DNA from: Hypanus sabinus
Lineage: Eukaryota
Direction: 5' to 3'
DNA: 64,000 nucleotides
Assembly (NCBI RefSeq): GCF_030144855.1
Contig: NC_082733.1
Location: 37,076,001 to 37,140,000, forward strand
Positions 41,760 to 53,762 of the stretch are shown here, piece by piece. Position 1 is the first letter of the stretch. The number at the start of each line of letters is the position of its first letter. A program made the position numbers and the translations under genes. The notes below the pieces were generated by a model, which saw nothing but the letters and a program-made list of their open reading frames with translations, was not told the DNA's origin and made no database searches.

Positions 41760-42930
41760 TTGTTCAAAGAGCCTGATAGTTGAGGGGTAGTAACCGAACT
41801 TGAAACTGCTGGTGTGAGTCCTGAGGCAGTTGTACCTTCTACCTGATGGCTACAGCAAGAAAAGAGCCTGGCCTAGGTGGTGAGGATCTTTGGTGATTGA
41901 TGTACCATCAATAACTCTCGGAGACGTGAGGCAAGGTATAGTCTTTTATTGGCTGGAAGAAAGAACAAGCAGCAATTGACCACCGCACTACATCCTGGAG
42001 ACTGAGGCTGGGGCTGTCTCTCCAATCGTCTTTATACCAGGGTCCGTGGGAGGAGCCACAGGAGCAGTCAACGGGGGGGGGGGGGGGGGGCGTGTCCAGA
42101 CGGGTATATGTAGTTCACCACAATGATGGACGCTGCTTTTCTACGGCAACATTTCATGTCAATGTGCTCAATGATTTGGAGGGTTTTCCCGTGATGTACT
42201 GGGCCGAATCCATAAACTTTTGAAGGATTTTCCGCTCAAAGGCATTGGTGTTCCCAAACCAGGCTGTAATGCAACAAGTCAATACACTTCCAATCACACG
42301 TCTGTAGAAGTTTGCCAAGGTTTTTGATGACATGCCAAACTCTCACAGGCTCCTGTAGAAGTAGAGGTACTGTCGTGCTTTCTTCGCAATTATAATTATA
42401 TGATAGGTCCAGGCCAGGTCCACTGAGATAGTGACATTCAGGAATTTAAAGTTACTGGCCCTGTCCACCTCGGATCCTTTGATGATTACTGGCTCTTGGA
42501 CCGTTGTTTTCCCTCTCCTGAAGTCAGCAATTAGTTCCTTGGTCTTATTGACATTGAGTGAGAGGTTGTTGTTATTACACCACTCAGCCAAATTTTCAAT
42601 TTCCCTCCTGTATGCTGATTCATCACCCCCTTTGTTACAGCCCACATCAGTGGTGACATCGACAAACTTGTGTATGGTGTTGGAACTGTACTTAGCCGCA
42701 CAGTCAAAGGCATGAAGCGAGTAGAGCAGGGGTTAAGTACACATCCTTGTGGAGCTCCTGTGCTGATGGAGATTGTGGAGGAAATGTTTTTTCCAATCCA
42801 AACTGACTGGGCTCTACAAGTGAGAAATCCAAGATCCAATTGCAAAAGAGTGTATTGAGGCTCAGGTCTTGAAGTTTACTGATTAGTTTTGAGGGGATGA
42901 TGGTGTTAAATGCCGAGCTGTATTCGAAAA
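41760..42930 (-). mobile_element. Rex1/Babar LINE fragment, duplicated at about 61915-63075
   Basis: [33 protein letters not shown]. Confidence 0.8.
41898..42122 (-). mobile_element. Short solo LTR (family length about 205-225 bp); other copies at 51267-51472 (+), 53550-53762 (-) and 62045-62271 (-)
   Basis: TGTGG...CATCA termini with internal TATA-like and AATAAA motifs; 5-bp TSD gtgat/atgat. Confidence 0.75.
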
Positions 42931-43255
42931 AGAATACCCTGATGAAGGGTCGCGACCCAAAACCTCAACTGTTCACTCTTTTCCATTGATGCTGCCTGTC
43001 CTGCAGAGTTCCCCCAGCATTGTGTGTGTTGCATAGAACAGAGAAATGTCTTCTCCCAGGGGAATTTATGAAATTCTCTATCTGAAAATTAGATATTATT
43101 GTAGAAATCAAAGGACATGGTGAGAAATCAACAAGGTATTAAAGTAACAAAGAATCTGCTGGAGGATCTCAGCTGTCAGCTGGTCAATCAGTGCCTGTGG
43201 TTGAGACCGTGCCTCTGGGCTGAGAGTGGAGAGGGGAGATGGGCATTATAAAGTG

Positions 43256-44095
43256 TGTTACGTATTCAGGCAACAATAAATATATGAGTTCGGCAAGGGT
43301 TTCTTATAACAAACAACACGTTTATTAAACACAGAAAACAAACCCCCCAAAAGTAAACAAACACTACCGTAACCGGAAACAGCTGCTGAGCGGCTGTTCA
43401 AACAGTTAGTAAAGTGATATTCCAAAACAGTTCTTAAAGTGATATTGCCAAAAGTTCGATATGCTCACAGTCCATTTAAAAGGAGAGACTTTACAGGACG
43501 ATTTAAGTTCTCTTTCACGTCGCTTGCTTCGATCCCCGACGTCGAAATTCCCACGAAGAATTTACGAAACCAGAACGGCTTAAAGGCACTGACCTTTCCT
43601 TCCTCACTACCTTCAATCCTTTCTAGGTAAACCTAGGGATTAGCACGAAGATAGTCAACGAAATCCTTCCAAATAAGGATCAAACAAAGGTCGCCCCCGT
43701 TTCACCGTAGAAAGCGATTCTCCTCGATCTTTAACTTCCAACCTTGAATCTTCACTCTCCTTTAATTCTCAAACTAACAGAATCATAAAGAACCTGTTGG
43801 CATTAACCTTTTAAACTTTAGGCATTAAATAAAAACTTCATCCTTCAACTAAACTGCGTCATCACTTCAAACACGCAGTGGCATGAAGTCAACTTGGCAA
43901 ATCCAGCCACGAACTGCCCCTCCTCACAGGGTGGGGTCTACCTTTTATAACCTGTAAAAAACCCATCACATGATCTCTACTGGCGGGAAAATGATGTCAT
44001 TCCACCATCACAAGACCATCACCTCAAGTCCAGTACAGCTTCAACCCCAGTCACATGACAAGGGCACCACTGTCATGTGTCACGAGTACGTAACA
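43256..44095 (-). repeat. 3' LTR (840 bp)
   Basis: TGTTACGTA...TACGTAACA inverted termini; adjacent polypurine tract GGAGGGAGG (minus strand) at 44096-44104. Confidence 0.95.
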
Positions 44096-44291
44096 CCTCC
44101 CTCCAAAAAAAACATTTTTGGTCTGACAAGAACAAAAATTTTTAACAATTGCTTACAAGAAAAACAAAGGTATAAATTTTATAACATACACAATACACAA
44201 CACCATCATATAACAGCTTATAAGTCACAATACAGTAGGAGTGTTACAATTGAAAAAAAAAGCACTCCAAAAAAAAAATTACAGTGTACAT

Positions 44292-44534
44292 TCAACATCG
44301 AGATAGACAATCAGCAACCACATTATCTTTACCTTTAATATGAGTTATCACAATATTGTACTCTTGTAACATCAAACTCCAATTTAATAACCTTCTGTTT
44401 TTGTTTTTCATCTTACACAGAAAAACTAACGGATTATGATCAGTGTAAACAATAAGTGGTTTCTGAGTTGTACTAACATATACCTCAAAATATTCCAAAG
44501 CTAAAACAAGAGATAACAATTCTTTCTCTATTGT
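44292..44534 (-). pseudogene. Orphaned C-terminal RNase H fragment of the LTR element
   Basis: IEKELLSLVLAL...VYTDHNPL...WSLMLQEY...KGKDNVVADCLSR, out of frame with the upstream ORF. Confidence 0.9.
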
Positions 44535-47500
44535 CTCTGCTCTAACTGTAAATGTACTAATTTTTCATCAATATTTTCCAGAATGGTTGAATTTGGTAAC
44601 CTAACAGAAACAATGTTGGATTTAGAATGAAAGTCAGATGAATCATCTATCACGTTCCTAGTTAAATCAAACTCATTCTCACTAACCACAACAGTCACAG
44701 TATCAGATTGTTTCTCAAAATATGGTTTCAACATATTTATATGGCAAAGTTGTGTTGACCTTCTACGATCTGGAGTTTTTACCACGTAACCCACATCATT
44801 AATTTTAGACACAATTTCATAAGGACCATGAAATCTAGCTTGTAAAGGATTTGTCTGCACTGGGAAAAGAACCAACACCTTATCTCCAGACTTAAACATC
44901 CTCATCCTAGCATCTTTATCATACCAAGTCTTCATTTTCTCCTGAGCCAACTTTAAATTTTCCTTAGCTAAACTACAAGCTTTATGTAACCTGTCCTTAA
45001 ATTTCAACACATAGTCCAACAAATTAGTGTGTACTTCCTTATTAATCCACTGTTCTTTCAACAAAGCTAAAGGTCCTCTAACTCTATGCCCAAACACAAG
45101 TTCAAATGGACTAAAACCTAAAGATTCCTGTACCGATTCCCTTACTGCAAATAAAAGTAAGTTTATACCCTCATTCCAGTCACTTTCATTTTCCACACAA
45201 AATGTCCTAATCATATTCTTGAGGGTAGAATGAAACCTCTCCAAGGCACCCTGCGATTCTGGATGGTATGCAGACGAAGTGATTTGCTTAGCTCCCAATT
45301 TATAAACTATCTGTTGAAACAATCCAGACATAAAATTACTGCCTTGATCAGTTTGTATCTCCTTAGGTAATCCAAAATAAGTAAAAAAATTTATAAGGGC
45401 CTTTGTCACAGTCTTAGCTTTTATATTCCTAAGTGGTACTGCCTCTGGAAACCTAGAAGAAGTACACATGATAGTCAACAAATACTGATAACCAGTTTTT
45501 GTCTTTGGTAATGGACCAACACAATCTACAATAACTTTAGAAAATGGTTCACCAAATGCTGGGATAGGTTGTAATGGAGCTACTGGTGTAACCTGATTTG
45601 GTTTACCCACAATTTGACAAGTATGGCACGTTTTACAAAACATCGCCACATCTTTTCTTAGACCAGGCCAGTAAAAATGTTTTAAAATCTTGTCCACAGT
45701 TTTCCTTACCCCTTGATGTCCACCTAAAGGCACACTATGAGCTAAAGTCAAAATCTCATTTCGATAAGCTTTTGGAACAACTACCTGGTAAACAACATTC
45801 CAATCCTCACTTGCAGGAATTGTAGGCGATCTCCACTTCCTCATCAACACTCCTTTTTCCAAGTAATATCCTACTGGCACCTTATCAATTTCACTATCTA
45901 GTAAAACCTGCTCTTTTAATTTTATAATCTCAGAGTCTCTATTCTGCTCTGCTATCATCTCCTTCCTAGACAAAGATAAATCTTTATAGTCAGACTTACT
46001 CCCAGAATCTTGTTCAAACAACGAAGATAAGAAAGTCTCTGACACATCCTCAAAACTCGAATCCTGAGTTGAACAGTCCTGAATAACAACCTCATTCTGC
46101 GCATCAATCTTTTTAGCCATAGCTCTAGTCACAACACAGGAAGAATCTGTGTTAGAATTCATCTCTGGTTCCTCTGACTCCATTGTCAAATGCACTTCAG
46201 GAAAAACTTGTCCACCTGCCAAGTCATTACCTAACAATAAAGAAATACCCTTCACAGGTAAGCTATGCTGTAATCCTACTTTAACAAATCCAGTAACTAA
46301 CCCTGACTTTAAATTTACTTTATGTAAATGTACAGGCATAAAATCACTTCCAACACCTCTTATGTAATTTACCTCACCAGTATCAGACTCTTCATTAAAC
46401 TTCAACACACTGTCTAACATCAATGATTGAGAAGCACCAGTATCCCTAAGGATTTTTATTGGCACCAGAGTAGATCCTTCCTTCAAGGATACAAACCCTT
46501 CAGTTACAAAATGATCATATCCCTTTCTAACTTGGTCAGACTCTAACAAAGCCTCATTTGTTTTTATCAAACCCTGTAACTTTACAGGTTCTTCAGTATG
46601 TTGCACACAAGCATCTGGAACTGCTTCCTTCTCTTTCTTTCTCAATTTGAAACAGTTAGCTATTACATGGCCAGGCTTCTTACAATAGTTACAAGTAAGA
46701 CCAAACTGTCTTTCCTTCACAGGCTTTCCTTTCTCATTAACTTTCTCATTAACCTCCGATTTAATTTCAAATTTATCTAGAGTCTCCGTGTTATTTTTCC
46801 TCTTAAAAATTCTGCCCTGAGGAAATTTGTTCTTATGGTTCAAAACATACTCATCAGCTAATCTAGCACAGTCCTGCAATTTATCAGTATCCTTCTCATT
46901 TAAGTAGGTCCTTACTTCAACAGGAATGCTTCTTTTAAATTCCTCCATTAAAATCAGCTCTCTCAATGTATCATAGTCCCCATTTACATTTTTAGAAGAA
47001 ACCCATCTCTCAAAACACATAGCTTTATCATAGGCAAATTCCACATAAGTTTTTTCCACAGACTTTTTCAAACTTCTGAATCTTTCCCTATATGCTTCTG
47101 GGACTAACTCATATGCGTTTAAAATATGACTCTTTACAATATCATAATCAAGAGCTTGTGCAGCTGTTAAAGCTGTGTAAACTTGTTGTGCTTTGCCTTT
47201 AATTACACTTTGTAACAACACTGACCATTTATCTTTCGGCCACTCTGACATCAGAGCAATAGTTTCAAAATGTTGAAAATACCTTTCCACTTCTGTTTCA
47301 CTAAATGGAGGGACCAATTTAATTTCTTGACTAGCAACAAACGTTTTTTTAGAACCAGAAGACTGATTTCCAGTCCTTAATTCCTCCATTGCATATGCAA
47401 ATTCTCTCTTCTTTTGTTCTGCCTCCAATTTACACCTCTCCAAATCAGCTTTACTTTGTTCCAATTTCATTTGTTCGATTTGCAACTGCATCTCCAGATT

Positions 47501-47707
47501 ACTTATTTGAAACGACTCTAAAATCGATTCATCAAAAACACCCGAATCCACATAGTGTGACGCGATTTTCCTCTGTATTACAGCCTTAGAAGTAGTCTGC
47601 AAAATACCTTTAAGTTGCAATCTACTAGCTATCTCAAACACCTCAGTTTTTTTCGCCGTCGCCAACACCTCTGCAGCTGGCGAAGCCAGAAACTCATCAA
47701 TATTCAT
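44528..47707 (-). CDS. Gag (SCAN-like, zinc knuckle)-protease-integrase polyprotein, 1059 aa, truncated before RT
   Basis: ATG at 47707; PEAYRERFR...ILMEEF (SCAN-like capsid); CNYCKKPGHVIANC; LRDTGAS; H..H..CHTC; IVDCVGPLP, TDQGSNF, LERFH; GPY motif. Confidence 0.9.
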   Translation of the reverse strand: MNIDEFLASPAAEVLATAKKTEVFEIASRLQLKGILQTTSKAVIQRKIASHYVDSGVFDESILESFQISNLEMQLQIEQMKLEQSKADLERCKLEAEQKKREFAYAMEELRTGNQSSGSKKTFVASQEIKLVPPFSETEVERYFQHFETIALMSEWPKDKWSVLLQSVIKGKAQQVYTALTAAQALDYDIVKSHILNAYELVPEAYRERFRSLKKSVEKTYVEFAYDKAMCFERWVSSKNVNGDYDTLRELILMEEFKRSIPVEVRTYLNEKDTDKLQDCARLADEYVLNHKNKFPQGRIFKRKNNTETLDKFEIKSEVNEKVNEKGKPVKERQFGLTCNYCKKPGHVIANCFKLRKKEKEAVPDACVQHTEEPVKLQGLIKTNEALLESDQVRKGYDHFVTEGFVSLKEGSTLVPIKILRDTGASQSLMLDSVLKFNEESDTGEVNYIRGVGSDFMPVHLHKVNLKSGLVTGFVKVGLQHSLPVKGISLLLGNDLAGGQVFPEVHLTMESEEPEMNSNTDSSCVVTRAMAKKIDAQNEVVIQDCSTQDSSFEDVSETFLSSLFEQDSGSKSDYKDLSLSRKEMIAEQNRDSEIIKLKEQVLLDSEIDKVPVGYYLEKGVLMRKWRSPTIPASEDWNVVYQVVVPKAYRNEILTLAHSVPLGGHQGVRKTVDKILKHFYWPGLRKDVAMFCKTCHTCQIVGKPNQVTPVAPLQPIPAFGEPFSKVIVDCVGPLPKTKTGYQYLLTIMCTSSRFPEAVPLRNIKAKTVTKALINFFTYFGLPKEIQTDQGSNFMSGLFQQIVYKLGAKQITSSAYHPESQGALERFHSTLKNMIRTFCVENESDWNEGINLLLFAVRESVQESLGFSPFELVFGHRVRGPLALLKEQWINKEVHTNLLDYVLKFKDRLHKACSLAKENLKLAQEKMKTWYDKDARMRMFKSGDKVLVLFPVQTNPLQARFHGPYEIVSKINDVGYVVKTPDRRRSTQLCHINMLKPYFEKQSDTVTVVVSENEFDLTRNVIDDSSDFHSKSNIVSVRLPNSTILENIDEKLVHLQLEQRQ

Positions 47708-47808
47708 TGCTGCCGAATACCACAACAAGCCAAACAAAAGAACCGAGTAATCCCCGTTTCCAAAACACCGATTTAAAAGTTAGCAAGCATTTAAACTCAA
47801 AAAATTCA

Positions 47809-47826
47809 ATCCCGGACGAGCCCCCA
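47809..47826 (-). other. Primer-binding site for tRNA-Pro
   Basis: Minus strand TGGGGGCTCGTCCGGGAT, the classic 18-nt tRNA-Pro PBS, 7 nt from the 5' LTR. Confidence 0.9.
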
Positions 47827-47833
47827 TATTTAA

Positions 47834-48674
47834 TGTTACGTATTCAGGCAACAATAAATATATGAGTTCGGCAAGGGTTTCTTATAACAAACAACACGTT
47901 TATTAAACACAGAAAACAAACCCCCCCAAAAGTAAACAAACACTACCGTAACCGGAAACAGCTGCTGAGCGGCTGTTCAAACAGTTAGTAAAGTGATATT
48001 CCAAAACAGTTCTTAAAGTGATATTGCCAAAAGTTCGATATGCTCACAGTCCATTTAAAAGGAGAGACTTTACAGGACGATTTAAGTTCTCTTTCACGTC
48101 GCTTGCTTCGATCCCCGACGTCGAAATTCCCACGAAGAATTTACGAAACCAGAACGGCTTAAAGGCACTGACCTTTCCTTCCTCACTACCTTCAATCCTT
48201 TCTAGGTAAACCTAGGGATTAGCACGAAGATAGTCAACGAAATCCTTCCAAATAAGGATCAAACAAAGGTCGCCCCCGTTTCACCGTAGAAAGCGATTCT
48301 CCTCGATCTTTAACTTCCAACCTTGAATCTTCACTCTCCTTTAATTCTCAAACTAACAGAATCATAAAGAACCTGTTGGCATTAACCTTTTAAACTTTAG
48401 GCATTAAATAAAAACTTCATCCTTCAACTAAACTGCGTCATCACTTCAAACACGCAGTGGCATGAAGTCAACTTGGCAAATCCAGCCACGAACTGCCCCT
48501 CCTCACAGGGTGGGGTCTACCTTTTATAACCTGTAAAAAACCCATCACATGATCTCTACTGGCGGGAAAATGATGTCATTCCACCATCACAAGACCATCA
48601 CCTCAAGTCCAGTACAGCTTCAACCCCAGTCACATGACAAGGGCACCACTGTCATGTGTCACGAGTATGTAACA
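47834..48674 (-). repeat. 5' LTR (841 bp)
   Basis: Near-identical to 43256-44095. Confidence 0.95.
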
Positions 48675-49317
48675 AGTGGAATGGAGGAGCAGTGAGGGAG
48701 GGGGCAAGTAGGTGATCGGTGGAACGAGGAGGGTGTGAAGGGTGATGATCCAGGTGGTGGGAGGTGGAAGACTGAGGCAGGTGAGTGATAGGCAAAAGCC
48801 GACGGAAAAGATTAAAATGAAAATTGTTGATTTTGGATGATCTGTCGTAATTATATTAAATGGTTCAAAGTTCACAGCAGATAAAAGAAGCACAATGGAA
48901 TCAATGATAAAATACACACAAAGGCAGACAAACAATGTGCAAAAGATGGCAAATTGCCCAAATACAAAAATAAAAATAATAATAATAATAATCAATAGGT
49001 AATAGTGAGAACATAAATTGTAGAGTCTTTGAAAGAGAGTCCATATGTTGTGGAGTCAGTTCAGTGTTGAGGTGAGTGAAGTTATCCACACTGGTTCAGG
49101 AGCCTGATGGTTGAGGGGTAAAAGCTTTTCCTGAAGCTGGTGTTGTGGGACCTGGGTACCTCCTCGAAGGCTGCAGTGAGAAGAGAGTATAACCTGAATG
49201 GTGAAATACACTCTGGGGCCAAATTGTTTGCTCCTCCCCTAATTTCTATGTTTTTATAACATGTCTCTGACTTTTCCCACACCATGTTCCTGACTGGTTC
49301 CTCCTTTCCTTCAACAG

Positions 49318-49464
49318 GACAGCTACAAAGGACACTCGTCTGTGGAGGATGCAAGTGCAGCGATGGAGCTCTTCAGACTTGTAGATAACACGTGGGAGCT
49401 TCAACTCACCAATGGTCTCAGGGTGGAGATAGTAAACCGATTTGAAGGACGTAACAGATATTAA
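49318..49464 (+). CDS. ISG20: ISG20 copy A last exon (48 aa plus stop); whole protein 192 aa
   Basis: Acceptor ctcctttccttcaacag; DSYKGHSSVEDASAAMELFRLV with ExoIII; TAA at 49462-49464; AATAAA at 49467 and 49510. Missed by the ORF track. Confidence 0.9.
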   Translation, partial: DSYKGHSSVEDASAAMELFRLVDNTWELQLTNGLRVEIVNRFEGRNRY

Positions 49465-50386
49465 TGAATAAAACAACAACAGATTAAGGATTCTGATTTT
49501 CATATGCCAAATAAACAAGTAATTATATCAGCTGTAAGCCAAGTTCACTAAGTTCATTTTTTCTTCTCACTTTCCCAATACCACAAACTATTTGTTCTTT
49601 CCTGAAGTTCAGAGCAAGGACTCACCATACCAATGGCCTTTTGTCCTGTGTGGCCCCCTAGAGTATTGGGCTGCTGGTAATGCAAGGAGTCACCCATTGC
49701 TTCACTTTTTATTGTCATTTCAGCCCATTTTACTGCCTGGTCCAGATCCAACTGCAAGGCTTGATCGCTTTCCTCATTGTCTGGAACTCCGACAATCTTG
49801 TTGTCACTGCAAATTTGCTGGCCCAGTTTACCATACCATCATTAACATGGATGACACACAACAATGGGCTTTTCACTTTGTCTTTTTTCCAAAGGTGAAG
49901 GAACCAAATTTGGGATATGTATCCTTCCATTCCCTGTCACGTAGGCATGGAGCAAAATCGACAGTAGAGTAGTATAATGAAACATTTTTACCGAGTCATG
50001 CCAGCAACAATATGCATTGGGCAACTTACAGTATGGAAGCGATGAGCCAGGTTCACAGAGACAAAGGTTGGGAACCCTTGCTATAGACTGTCTGGTGGGC
50101 TGTCACACAACTATGCAACTGTAGTACATTGAGCCAGGTTCACAGAGACAAAAGCATACACACTCGAATGCCCAGGCAAAAAAGAGAAAGCCTTCCACAC
50201 GTAGGAGGCCCAATCAATTCACTGTGCGATCAGTCAGCCGCACGCACACTTGCCGCATTCTCACGATCGATCCGATACGGTTCACTCCCACTTTCATTAG
50301 CTCAGGGATTTGGGACAATTGTTGGGAGCCTATGATTGTCCAGGGTGATCAGATAATTGATCCTGGAGTGGCAAGACCCTATAGAC

Positions 50387-50466
50387 CCAGGGTTCCCAAC
50401 CTTTTTTATGCCATGGACCAATACCATTAAGCAAAGGGTCAGTGGACCCCAGGTTGGGAACCCCTG
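50387..50466. mobile_element. 80-bp hAT (Charlie-like) MITE
   Basis: TIRs ccagggttcccaacct / aggttgggaacccctg; 8-bp TSD CTATAGAC/CTGTAGAC. Confidence 0.7.
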
Positions 50467-51266
50467 CTGTAGACTGTCTGGTGGGCTATCACACATTGAT
50501 ACATTTGAGGTATGGTTTTAATACAACTTTTGACCAGAGTTCTTGTTGGATTCCATAAGCACAAGAGATTCTGCAGATGCTGGAAATTCAGAGTAACGTA
50601 CACAAAATGTTGGAGGAACTCAGCAGGTCAGGCATCCTCTATGACATTTCAGGCCAAGACCCTTCATCAGGACGAAACAGAGCGGAAAGGGGGAATGAAG
50701 GGACTCTTTGATTCTCTCCATAGATGCTGCCTGACCAGCTGAGCTCCTCCAGCATTTTGTATGATGGGCATACGGGGACTATAAGACCCAATTAGTGTGA
50801 ATGGATGTGTGATAGTCCTCGCGGACTCCGTCGGCTAAAGGACTATTTTTGAGCTGTATGACTACAAAACCACGTTTGAGTTAATAGTCCAACGATGAAG
50901 AATCTTCAGGGAAAGATTCCAGGCTGCTAACTGAATGAATAGCTAGCATCATCCACTGGAGGGTACAGGAACTGCACCCAGACACCATCAAACATCAGAT
51001 GGTAGGAACTTCACTGAACTCTCTACCGATACAAAATTGCTTTATTCTGAGTGTATCAAGATGAAGGTAGCACTATAGTTCATCTCATTCTACCTCATAA
51101 AGACGTATTCTACACACAATGTGTAATTTTTAAGGGCCCACTGCCAATCCAAAACTGGTGCATCAGATTAGACATCAGTGGAGAAGACTAAAGATTAACT
51201 GAAAGGTAGACCATGAGTTCATGGAACATGGAACCACACTGCACAGGAAGAGGCCCTTTGACCCAC

Positions 51267-51472
51267 TGTGGTAAACCATGTATACCTGTCTGGACATGCC
51301 CCTCTGCTGACTGCTCCTGTGGCTCCTCCCACAGACCCCTGGATAAAGGCGATTGTGTCACTGCTCCTCCCACTGTCCAAGACAGTATGGCCGTGGATCC
51401 ATTTTACTGCCAATAAAAGCCCCTCAGTATTTATTCTACTTCCAGTCTTTTGGAGTAATTGATAGTGCATCA
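51267..51472 (+). mobile_element. Short solo LTR
   Basis: TG...CA termini; perfect TSD CCCAC. Confidence 0.75.
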
Positions 51473-53549
51473 CCCACAATGTCGTGCCAAACCAGTTGAA
51501 GAGTAAATCAAAAATACCCAAAACCTAGCCCCTCCTACCTACACAATGTCCATATTCCTCCATCTTCCTCATATCCATGTGCCAATCTAAACGTTTCTTA
51601 AAAGCCTCTAATGTATTTGCCTCTACCAAATCAGACAGCACATTCCAGGCACCCACCAATCTAAGTAAAAAACTTACCCCCACATCTGGACTGGGTATTG
51701 ATAGTGAATGATCAGCCATGATCTCAGAATGGCGATGCAGACTCGAGGGGCCGAATGGTCTACTTCAGCACCTATTGTCTATTGTCTATATCCCCTTTGA
51801 ACCTACCCTCTCTCACCCTCAATGCATGGCCTTCTGTATTAGACACTTCTACTTTGAGAAATCTGTTTACTCTATCTATCCCTTTTCATAATCTTATAAA
51901 CCTCTAACAGATAGCCTCTCAGCCTCCAGCGCTCCAGAGAAAACAACCCAAGTTTGTCCAGCTTCTCATGATAGCACAAACCCTCTAAACCAGGCAACAC
52001 CACGGTAAAACTTTTCTGCACCCTCTCCAAAGTCTCAGCGTCCTATAGTGGGGTGGCCAGAACGTTATGCAATCCTCTGGATGTGGCCTAACCAGAGATT
52101 TATAAAGTTGCAACATAATCTCTTGACTTTTGAACTCAATCCCTCAAATAATAAAAGCAAGCATTCCATAAGCAAAACAAATAAACAGGAACGTATACGC
52201 AATTAAAAATGAGACAGAAAAAAAGGATTTAAAATATGTGTCATAATCAAGATTCACAGAGTTTTACAGCATAGATGGTGTCATATGACATGGGTGATCA
52301 TGTCATAAGGGTGACATGGGTGATAAGATCGTAATTATTCTTGACAAATTATTCAGAAGTTGTTTGCCATTGCCTTCTTACAGGCAATATCTTTACAAGT
52401 TGGGTAACCCTAGCCATTATCAATACTGTTCAGGGTTTTTCTCCTGGAGTCAGTGGTCACACAAACCTGGACTGAAAAGCACCAGCTGCTCATACAACCC
52501 TCCACTACCTGCTCCCATGGCTTCACGCGACCCTGATCGGGGTGGGTGGGGTTAAGCAGGTGCTACACCTTGCCCAAGGGTGTCCTGCAGGCTAGTAGAG
52601 GGGAGGAGTGCCTTACACCTCCTTTGGTAGAGGCATGTCTTCGCACCGCTACTCATAACTCCCTTTACCAATCAAAAACTAACCGCATCCAAAATACAGT
52701 TCACGATAATGTTGAGACTGTACTGATCATCCTTCACTAGCGTGATCCCACCTGGAGATTCTTTAGACCGGTACTGGACATGTCCAAAAGTGAGTGGGTA
52801 GTTACCACTCTGCGGGAGAGCTGGGGAAATGGGGTATCTCTGGCTAAGCTGACTCAAACCTCTTTGCTGCAAATTGGCACCATCGATTAGCTATTGCTAT
52901 TTCTACCTGTGACTGTCAGGTTGCTGAGAAAAGGCAGTGAAGGAGCATCGACTACTTCATACAAACATCAAACCAATTATTCTTGCTGCCTTTGGTCTCC
53001 AGGGTCACAATCAGTCCACAGTCAAAGTCACTTTGATCACATTTCTTTCCCATTCTGACGTTTGGTTTGAACAAGGACTGAACCTCTTATGTCTGAATGT
53101 TTTTATGCTTTGAGCTGCTGCCACATGATTGGCTGGTAAGATATTTACATTAATGAGCAGCTGTACAGGTGCTCCAAATAAATGGCCACTGAGTGTATAT
53201 CGTGATATTTCTTTTCGCAATATTAAAAGTTACTCTAAGTTTCATGAAGAAACAAAAAATAAATAGGTAGTGCAAAAAGAGAGAAAAATACATGGGTATG
53301 AACAGTTGGCATAGGTTATGGAAACTTCCTGCTCCTGAGTGTAGATAAGGGTATCTTGTGGGTGCTCAGTAAATCTAACCCAGGAAGAGACTCCTTGGTT
53401 GGAGTTTCTGCTGCTGTTACCTGCTGGTCAAGATGAGGGAGGGCTGGCAGGTGTGGACCTCTCCAAGGTGAGTAACTGGTGGGGGTGGTGCAGTGGTCAG
53501 GGAAGTCACTCCACCCAACTGATTTGAACATAGAAGGGCACAACACACC

Positions 53550-53762
53550 TGATGCACCATCAATAACTCTGAGACATGGGTTAAGGTAGGCTTTTATGGG
53601 CTGGAAGAAAGAACAAGCAGCAAGTGACCACCACACCACATCCTGGAGACTGAGGCAGGGACTGTGTCTCCAATCGCCTTTATACCGGGGTCAGTGGGAG
53701 GAGCCACAGGAGCAGTCAGCGGGGGGAGTGGTTGTCCAGACAGGTATATGTAGTTCACCACA
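53550..53762 (-). mobile_element. Short solo LTR specific to the duplicate
   Basis: Absent at the paralogous site near 24090; flanked by acacacc on both sides. Confidence 0.8.

Larger units (their letters stand above)
43256..48674 (-). mobile_element. Gmr1-like Ty3/Gypsy LTR retrotransposon with an internal RT deletion
   Basis: LTRs 43256-44095 and 47834-48674; TSD AGTG at 43252-43255 and 48675-48678; PBS, PPT and gag-PR-IN ORF; empty site at about 63400. Confidence 0.95.

Noticed and set aside
43439-43630. Identical 63-aa ORFs at 43439 and 48018
   Set aside because: A by-product of the two LTRs; GTG start and no domain.
44528-47707. Domesticated SCAN/integrase host gene, endogenous retrovirus or Copia element
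   Set aside because: It sits between near-identical LTRs with a TSD and an empty paralogous site; there is no env; the integrase and RNase H motifs are Gypsy-type.
35245-49464. Calling the short paralogs ISG20L2 or REXO4
   Set aside because: They lack the long N-terminus and show ISG20-type VAMDCEMVGLG, YDKFI, VSG and GHD residues plus AEN-adjacent position.
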